A DNA stretch of 41,613 nt. It comes from a virus. Taxonomy: Duplodnaviria > Caudoviricetes. The stretch is from positions 1-41,613 of IMG/VR virus record IMGVR_UViG_3300021133_000010; one strand, 5' to 3'. Positions 35,719 to 41,613 of the stretch are shown in pieces. The translations under genes were made by a program, and so were the position numbers. The notes under the pieces are model-generated. The model was not told the origin of the DNA. It worked only from the letters and a program-made list of their open reading frames with translations, and did no database searches. How positions within the stretch are numbered: position 1 is the stretch's first letter; each line of letters starts with the position of its first letter.

Positions 35719-36575
35719 TGAGAGCGTTCCCCGTCCCACAATACAGTACAGATCCAATCGGTCTAGTCATCAACGTTCAGGGTACCCCCACCAACGCTGA
35801 CACTCCGCCAACGGTAACCATCACCAATACTGACACCAATACGGTGACCATGGTAGGAACTAGTACTGTAGAGGGAGTGGGGACTTACCAGTTTCCTCTT
35901 ACGGCCAGTGGTAGTAGTGTAGTGGGCAACTACAGTGCAGTATGGACCTATACGGTCAACGGAGTTGCCGGTATCTACCCTGATCGTTTCGTTATCACTG
36001 ATCAAATGCCGTTCTGGGAAACCCTAGGAAGCGACGAGAAGCAACTAGTGGTCAATATTGTACACCGGTTAGACAGAAGCTTCGATAGTACTTCGGGTGG
36101 TCCGTACCTACAAGAGACTATCCAGAGCGGTTTTAACATCTACGAAGATGTAGCCATGATAATGAGCACTGAAGCCATAGACTACATCAACAACGAGTTC
36201 CAGCCCGTCTTTATGCCGCCCTATGAGATCGGTCTAGTGGCTCAAAAGCCGTTCCCCAGTAACTGGTACGGAGTTTTGGCCAGTCAAACCTACGCCAACT
36301 TCCTCAAGCACATTGCTCGTAACTACATCGAGCAACCCACTCCTCAGGGCATGACAGCAGCTTGGATGGACCGTAGAGACTACTATAACCGTTGGTGGCA
36401 GCTCTACCTATTCGAGAAGGAAGTGGCCGACAAACAACTCCGACAGATGAAGCGTCAGTTTATGGTCGGAAGCAAGAGAAGTCTCTTGGTTGCCGGTGGT
36501 CTTATTCCTCGTATGTTCGTTAACCCGGCTCGTCCACACTTTATGTATGCTGCCGTCAATATGGGTGGAGTATGA
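35718..36575 (+). CDS. putative head-tail adaptor with N-terminal Ig-like domain
   Basis: position; GVGTYQF...GNYSAVWTYTVNG Ig-like pattern then helical domain. Confidence 0.55.
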   Translation: MRAFPVPQYSTDPIGLVINVQGTPTNADTPPTVTITNTDTNTVTMVGTSTVEGVGTYQFPLTASGSSVVGNYSAVWTYTVNGVAGIYPDRFVITDQMPFWETLGSDEKQLVVNIVHRLDRSFDSTSGGPYLQETIQSGFNIYEDVAMIMSTEAIDYINNEFQPVFMPPYEIGLVAQKPFPSNWYGVLASQTYANFLKHIARNYIEQPTPQGMTAAWMDRRDYYNRWWQLYLFEKEVADKQLRQMKRQFMVGSKRSLLVAGGLIPRMFVNPARPHFMYAAVNMGGV

Positions 36576-37279
36576 CCTTTGTTCCGCCACAAATTAGTCC
36601 CATCGACCCTGTACCCGGTCCAGTGGTTAGTGGCTCAGGTGGACTTAGTACTCAGCTAGAAAGCCCTCTACTGGTCGTAAGACAGAGAGACATCTACGCC
36701 GAAATTAACCAGCAAAGGTTTCACGACGAGACTTTGCAGTGGTACGGTGAAGAGTGTATTGTTAGACTACTTTGGCGTGCAGAAGACGCCAAGGCCGGAC
36801 TAGTGACCTATTGTCAAACTTGTCAAGATAGTCCTGACCCCACTAACCCCAATAGTAGTGTACAGAGTAGAGTGAGTCAAGTCTACCGACAGAGCGGCAA
36901 CAGTTATTGCCCCGATTGCTACGGGACCACTTTTACCGGCGGCTTTAAGCCCACTTGCTACCACCTCTATATGCTGGCCAGTGATACTCCAGAATCTCGT
37001 CAAAATCTACAAACTGGTCAGTTTTGGAAAGAAAACCCTAGCGTACAGTTCTCGTGGTTCCCCCAGATCCGAACCGGTGATCTCGTAGTGAGAGTGGACT
37101 CTTGGAGCAATGGTAGCCCCACTAGTTTCGGCTACTACTTCCAAGTTAGTACCGTAGGGGTTCAGACTATTAGAACTGGGCCCGGTGTAAGTGCCGACTC
37201 GACCAAGATAGTCAATCAAACCTGTACTCTAGAGAACTTGTGGCCCAGCCACCCCTATTACTCGGTGCCCGTGATATGA
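36572..37279 (+). CDS. putative neck/head closure protein
   Basis: position; CQTC...CPDCYGTTFTGGF; IRTGDLVV. Confidence 0.55.
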   Translation: MTFVPPQISPIDPVPGPVVSGSGGLSTQLESPLLVVRQRDIYAEINQQRFHDETLQWYGEECIVRLLWRAEDAKAGLVTYCQTCQDSPDPTNPNSSVQSRVSQVYRQSGNSYCPDCYGTTFTGGFKPTCYHLYMLASDTPESRQNLQTGQFWKENPSVQFSWFPQIRTGDLVVRVDSWSNGSPTSFGYYFQVSTVGVQTIRTGPGVSADSTKIVNQTCTLENLWPSHPYYSVPVI

Positions 37280-37782
37280 GTATAGAAATGCCCAGCTCGG
37301 TAGCACAGCAAATAGCCAGTCGTACCGTACAGATTGCTCAGTTTATCGGGCCACGTAAAACTGGACGAGGTCTAGCCAACATACTGCCTGTCTACTCTCG
37401 GGGAGCAACTGGAGTAGAGATACCTGACAAGGTAAGCTATATGTACTACCAAGACCAAGGCATCAAAGGCTATGAAATGGACGACTTGTCTGGTCGTGTT
37501 ATCCCCATTCGTACGGCCAGTGGTGACATAATCTTTCGTAGAGCTAGTCCCAGTACCATCGGCCAGAGAAGAATCATTACTCGACTTCCTCAGACTGGTC
37601 AGGTAGCCAAGAGTCAATACCAATGGGTCTACCCCAATAGAGATCCATTGAACTTCCTGGGCAAGAGTCTTGAGCTAAGCATTGCCGAGTGGAACAAGAC
37701 TCTCACCTACGACAAGATAATACAGGTACTAAACCAGACTCCTCTCAAAGACGACATACTAGAATTCTTCCTGGGCTACTAG
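37276..37782 (+). CDS. putative tail completion protein
   Basis: ATGA overlap; PRKTGR and YMYYQDQG resemble HK97 gp10-like motifs. Confidence 0.5.
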   Translation: MSIEMPSSVAQQIASRTVQIAQFIGPRKTGRGLANILPVYSRGATGVEIPDKVSYMYYQDQGIKGYEMDDLSGRVIPIRTASGDIIFRRASPSTIGQRRIITRLPQTGQVAKSQYQWVYPNRDPLNFLGKSLELSIAEWNKTLTYDKIIQVLNQTPLKDDILEFFLGY

Positions 37783-38436
37783 ATGCTTACTACCGCCGTA
37801 AAGACTACAGTTATAGAGGCTCTAGTGGCGGGTTTTAACCAACTCTCCAGTAGTCCCGTCAATAATAGCCTAGATCTAGTACCCAACAACATAACCATCG
37901 AGTACCCGCTTGAAGAGGTAGAGTGGCCTTGCATTTTTGTGCAGTTCCGCATTAGCAAGGTACAGTGGCAGGGACTGAACCCCGACGCCTATACACCGGT
38001 GTCCGGTGGAGTAACCATAAGTGGGCACAACTATCCGGGTGTCACTAGTAGCCGTATGTTGTACTTCGAGGGCAGTGTAGATCTACAAATCATGGCTCTA
38101 CACTCTGAAGAAAGAGACCGACTCTACGACTCGGTAGCCAACTTGATACTAATGGGAGCTGGTAGTCCGGCTAGTAGTGCTTTTTACAGTAGTATTAGCA
38201 ATAATGATCTAGTAGGCCTTACTTTCCTACCAGACACGTTTACACCTCTGGGAGACACGGTCAGTGCCGGAACTCCCTTTAGTCCCGAAGAACTCACCTA
38301 CGAAGCCAGTATACGCATGAACTGTATCGGTGACTTCTTCGAGAACAAGTACAACTACGGTATCCCCAACATTACAGCAGTCAACGTAAGTGGCACTATG
38401 GTTCCACAAGTTGTAACAATAAGCGGTTCAAGGTAG
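37783..38436 (+). CDS. putative tail terminator
   Basis: position before sheath; EYP...WPCIFV, LQIMA...ERDRLYD. Confidence 0.55.
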   Translation: MLTTAVKTTVIEALVAGFNQLSSSPVNNSLDLVPNNITIEYPLEEVEWPCIFVQFRISKVQWQGLNPDAYTPVSGGVTISGHNYPGVTSSRMLYFEGSVDLQIMALHSEERDRLYDSVANLILMGAGSPASSAFYSSISNNDLVGLTFLPDTFTPLGDTVSAGTPFSPEELTYEASIRMNCIGDFFENKYNYGIPNITAVNVSGTMVPQVVTISGSR

Positions 38437-38504
38437 AACCTGACTTTTAAGATCACTACATTGTAACTCTATCTACATCTCACTGATGTAACGAAGGAGA
38501 AGTT

Positions 38505-40250
38505 ATGGCTAACAATACTTACCAGGTTCCGGGTGTTTATGTATCCCAGAGTGGAACCTCCCTCAACACTTCTAGTACTACATCGCTCAATATCGCTCTA
38601 GTAGCCGATGTCGTAGTGACCGGTACCGCAACCGACACGTTCTACAATGTTCCCAGCAATGGAGCGTCAATTGGAGCACTGTCTACCCCCATGGTAATAA
38701 ACTCGGGTAGTGTAACTCCAGTGGTCACTTGGCTGAACGGTACAGTCACTATCACGGGGACAGCCGGAACTAGCTACACCCTCTCGACCAGTGGCTCCAC
38801 TACCAGTATTAGTACCGTTGGCGCTACTACAACATCGACGACCATTACTTCGGTCACGGGTAACGGTACTACTTGGACCTACTCGGGTAGTAGCAACAAT
38901 ATTACTCTTATCGGACAGAATGTCACTGTTACGTCCCTAACGGGTACGTCAAGTGGTTTTAACGGCACCTTTCCGCTCTACTCGTCTACTGGCAATACCT
39001 TCACGGTACTCAATACTACGCTTAGTGGTAACGGTGCTACCGGTCTAACTTCGGGTAGTGGAACACAGTATGTCGGTGCTACCGGAACCGTTAGTGTCAG
39101 TTACAGTCACCAATTTGGTGGCTATGGAACCTTTACTAGTTACACCCAAATGGGCAACTTGTTCGGTCCTCCTGTAAGTGGTAGTACCATCAACAGCTCC
39201 GTAAGTCTAGCTGCGTACCTAGCGTTCCTCAACGGAGCCTACTCGGTTAGCGTTCTACCAGTTGCTCGTGTAAGTAGTAGTGGTATATCAACTGCTTCTG
39301 ACAGTGACTGGGTTCGTGCATTTACACCAGTAACTGCCGGTAGTGACATTACTCGACTCGGTAACCTAGTGGGTGTGGACGTAGTGAATCCCCTCTACGG
39401 GTTCACCACTAACGGTGTTCTACAGAGCTCGGTATCGGGCAATACTGTAGGCAGTGGCATTAACAACTACCTCAACGCTATGGCCTCCTACGGAACCTAC
39501 CAGAGAGCGTTCTTGGGTATTGACGGTACTAGTAACCAGATTACCAGTAACAATATACAGGCATTTGTAAGCGGCTTCAACAATACTAGGGCCACCGTAG
39601 TATATCCGGGTAGCGTAATCTTTAACCCGGGCATTAACCCAGCCAACGGTAACACCAACACTACTGTAGCTGTCCCTGGTTACTACTTGGCTTCTGCTGT
39701 GGCCGGTGTCTTTGTAGGACAACCCAATGTTGCTACTCCGGTCACTAACAAGGTGGTCAACGGTTTCGTCTCGATCCCGAACCAGATTAGTCTACTCGAT
39801 GCACAAAGCAGCTACCTACCCTACGGAGTTTCGGTAGTACGACAAAAGCGTGATGGCAACCTCTGGATTCTACAAGGACTAACTACCAACGTTAGTACCT
39901 GGCTTACCCAGGAGATCAGTATTAACGCGATCGGTGACCAGTTGGCTCGTGAGATCAAGAATGCACTAGACACGAGTGGCGTTACCGGTAGTCCTATGAC
40001 CCCTAGTACCATTAGTGCTGCTGTAGGTACTGTACACTCTACTCTTATTAACTTGGTTAGTAGCGGACTTATCCAGAGCTACAACAACCTAGAGTATCTC
40101 GTTAATCCGGCATCCCCCACTACACTTAACATCTCGTTCCAGTATGCTCCGACCTACCCGATTAACTACCTACAGGTAACGTTTAGTCTCAATACTCAGA
40201 CGGGTCAGATAAACTACGGGAACAACCCTAGCAACAATACTACCTACTAG
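38505..40250 (+). CDS. tail sheath protein
   Basis: N-terminal YQVPGVYV, LAAYLAFLNGA, VPGYYLASAVAG, C-terminal YAPTYPINYLQVTF. Confidence 0.9.
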   Translation: MANNTYQVPGVYVSQSGTSLNTSSTTSLNIALVADVVVTGTATDTFYNVPSNGASIGALSTPMVINSGSVTPVVTWLNGTVTITGTAGTSYTLSTSGSTTSISTVGATTTSTTITSVTGNGTTWTYSGSSNNITLIGQNVTVTSLTGTSSGFNGTFPLYSSTGNTFTVLNTTLSGNGATGLTSGSGTQYVGATGTVSVSYSHQFGGYGTFTSYTQMGNLFGPPVSGSTINSSVSLAAYLAFLNGAYSVSVLPVARVSSSGISTASDSDWVRAFTPVTAGSDITRLGNLVGVDVVNPLYGFTTNGVLQSSVSGNTVGSGINNYLNAMASYGTYQRAFLGIDGTSNQITSNNIQAFVSGFNNTRATVVYPGSVIFNPGINPANGNTNTTVAVPGYYLASAVAGVFVGQPNVATPVTNKVVNGFVSIPNQISLLDAQSSYLPYGVSVVRQKRDGNLWILQGLTTNVSTWLTQEISINAIGDQLAREIKNALDTSGVTGSPMTPSTISAAVGTVHSTLINLVSSGLIQSYNNLEYLVNPASPTTLNISFQYAPTYPINYLQVTFSLNTQTGQINYGNNPSNNTTY

Positions 40251-40258
40251 GAGAACAA

Positions 40259-40738
40259 ATGGCTAACTCAACTTATCGTGTAGGTGGTGGCTACACTAGT
40301 TTTACCTACAGAAGGACACCACTGGCTTACGCACAGATGATTCAAGAGACAGGTCCTCAGCCTGTTGCTCAGCCTCAAGCTGTACAGCCACTAGACAGTG
40401 AGTACCCCGTAGAAATTGCTATCCCAGCTGCTCTAACTGCAGGAACTCTACAAATCACGTTCCTTGAACTATGGAATGCTGAAGTGTGGGCACAACTCGG
40501 TGCTGGATTTGCCAACGCCGGTGACCTCTTGGATGTGTTCAAGGCCCAGCTCGCTCAAGGTGAGGTCACTTGCACAAAAACCATTAGAAACCCCAACGGT
40601 AGTCAGCGTATAATCACCTACCAGGGTTGTGTAGTAACTAACGTACAGATCGATGAAATGGTCCAGATCGGTACCATGACCATCCCGAAGACGATCACTA
40701 TTATGTATCGTTCCCGCAAAGAAACTACTTACCAATAA
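40259..40738 (+). CDS. tail tube protein
   Basis: 159 aa directly after sheath; AGTLQITFLELW, ITYQGCVV. Confidence 0.75.
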   Translation: MANSTYRVGGGYTSFTYRRTPLAYAQMIQETGPQPVAQPQAVQPLDSEYPVEIAIPAALTAGTLQITFLELWNAEVWAQLGAGFANAGDLLDVFKAQLAQGEVTCTKTIRNPNGSQRIITYQGCVVTNVQIDEMVQIGTMTIPKTITIMYRSRKETTYQ

Positions 40739-40756
40739 GAAAGGTAATGAACTAAA

Positions 40757-41613
40757 ATGTCAGCTCGTTCATTCGTTATTCAGCTGCAGCCGGGTGTCGG
40801 CCAAGCTATTCTCCCGGACCACCGCAAGATGGTCCCCGGTATACAGTATGTTGTTGATGCCGAGACATTCGGACGCATTAGTCTAGGCGCTCGACAAAAT
40901 GTCATCCAGGTCGTCAACGTCAACCTAGACACGATCAGTGGTTACACTACGGCCATCGCCAGTGGTACCTTTGTTCCGGCCCAGGCCAGTTCGGGTATCA
41001 ACAACCAGGCAGCCGGTGCTAATACAAGCTTCCTCGGACTATTGTCCCGAGTGAGTACCACTCCTACCACTTACAGTCTTGCCGGTTTTGCCGCACAGGG
41101 CTATGACGCTGGTGGTACTGCCGGTACTAACACGGGTGTTGGCCAGGCATTGTCTTCGATCAGTGGTGCAGCTGCCAACCAGACTCTCACAGGCCCCGAC
41201 GGTGCTCGTTACTCCTACGTCTACAACGGTACCGGAACTACCATTAGTGGTGGTTGGGTCACTGTATGGACCGACGAAAATTCGCGTTACGTCGGTGTAG
41301 CCGCCAGTGGTGGTAGCTATCTGGTCAAGGCCGACGGCCTCAACACTAGCTACGTGGTTAGTGCCACAGTTACCGGTATTCCGGCCACCAACGGTACGAC
41401 CAGTAGCATCGGTACCAAGCAGGGTGGCTTTGCCGGTATTACACTAGTAGACCTTCCGGCCGGTAACTTCGGTTGGGTACAGATCGAAGGCTACTGCCCT
41501 CGAGTGGCTCTTCCCAGTGGTACAGCCATTGGTGCTGCTGTTGCCGTAAGCGGTAGTAGCTCTGCAGGACTCGCCACGTTACCGGCTTCTACTACGGCCG
41601 CCACGAGTAGCGG
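40757..41613 (+). CDS. partial G/S/T/A-rich putative virion protein (runs off window end; not in ORF track)
   Basis: hand translation MSARSFVIQLQPGVGQAILPDHRKM...GNFGWVQIEG... with no stop seen; AAAGG upstream. Confidence 0.75.
   Translation, partial: MSARSFVIQLQPGVGQAILPDHRKMVPGIQYVVDAETFGRISLGARQNVIQVVNVNLDTISGYTTAIASGTFVPAQASSGINNQAAGANTSFLGLLSRVSTTPTTYSLAGFAAQGYDAGGTAGTNTGVGQALSSISGAAANQTLTGPDGARYSYVYNGTGTTISGGWVTVWTDENSRYVGVAASGGSYLVKADGLNTSYVVSATVTGIPATNGTTSSIGTKQGGFAGITLVDLPAGNFGWVQIEGYCPRVALPSGTAIGAAVAVSGSSSAGLATLPASTTAATSS

Noticed and set aside
1908-41613. Amber (TAG) stop-codon reassignment
   Set aside because: Genes are intact under the standard code, including 1530-aa and 780-aa ORFs, and TAG ends genes exactly where the next begins.
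1-41613. Terminase, integrase or host genes (prophage boundary)
   Set aside because: No Walker-motif terminase, recombinase or housekeeping gene was recognised; they may lie outside the window.

Overview
The window is a segment of a large contractile-tailed dsDNA phage. Its major capsid, portal and prohead protease resemble, from recall rather than a database search, those of Bxz1/E3-like actinobacteriophage myoviruses. Layout: (i) 1-1570, three short minus-strand genes with strong Shine-Dalgarno sites; (ii) 1570-1900, a divergent non-coding region with repeats; (iii) 1908-24411, a tightly packed plus-strand block of mostly unknown proteins, including an ADP-ribosyltransferase, an HNH-like protein, a papain-like protease, a GNAT fusion, a Dps, a metallophosphoesterase, a permuted NlpC/P60 enzyme, two large CxxCxGxG zinc-finger proteins and four tRNAs (Thr-UGU, Asn-GUU, Ser-GCU, Ile-UAU); (iv) 24426-41613, the morphogenesis module (portal, protease, probable scaffold, decoration protein, major capsid, NlpC/P60 hydrolase, neck proteins, sheath, tube). 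The strongest unexplained signal is a short peptide tag, M-[ND]-W-N-x-R-Y-A, with degenerate [FW]-N-x-[RK]-x-A forms, shared by otherwise unrelated proteins; I infer it is a capsid-targeting and protease-cleavage signal for head-packaged effectors. Other signals: a recurrent intergenic TGTAA-N17-19-TAG promoter-like motif, strong CTAG enrichment that switches to CATG enrichment in the left arm, and an atypical tRNA-Ile(UAU). All functional calls come from visual motif recognition; no searches were run.
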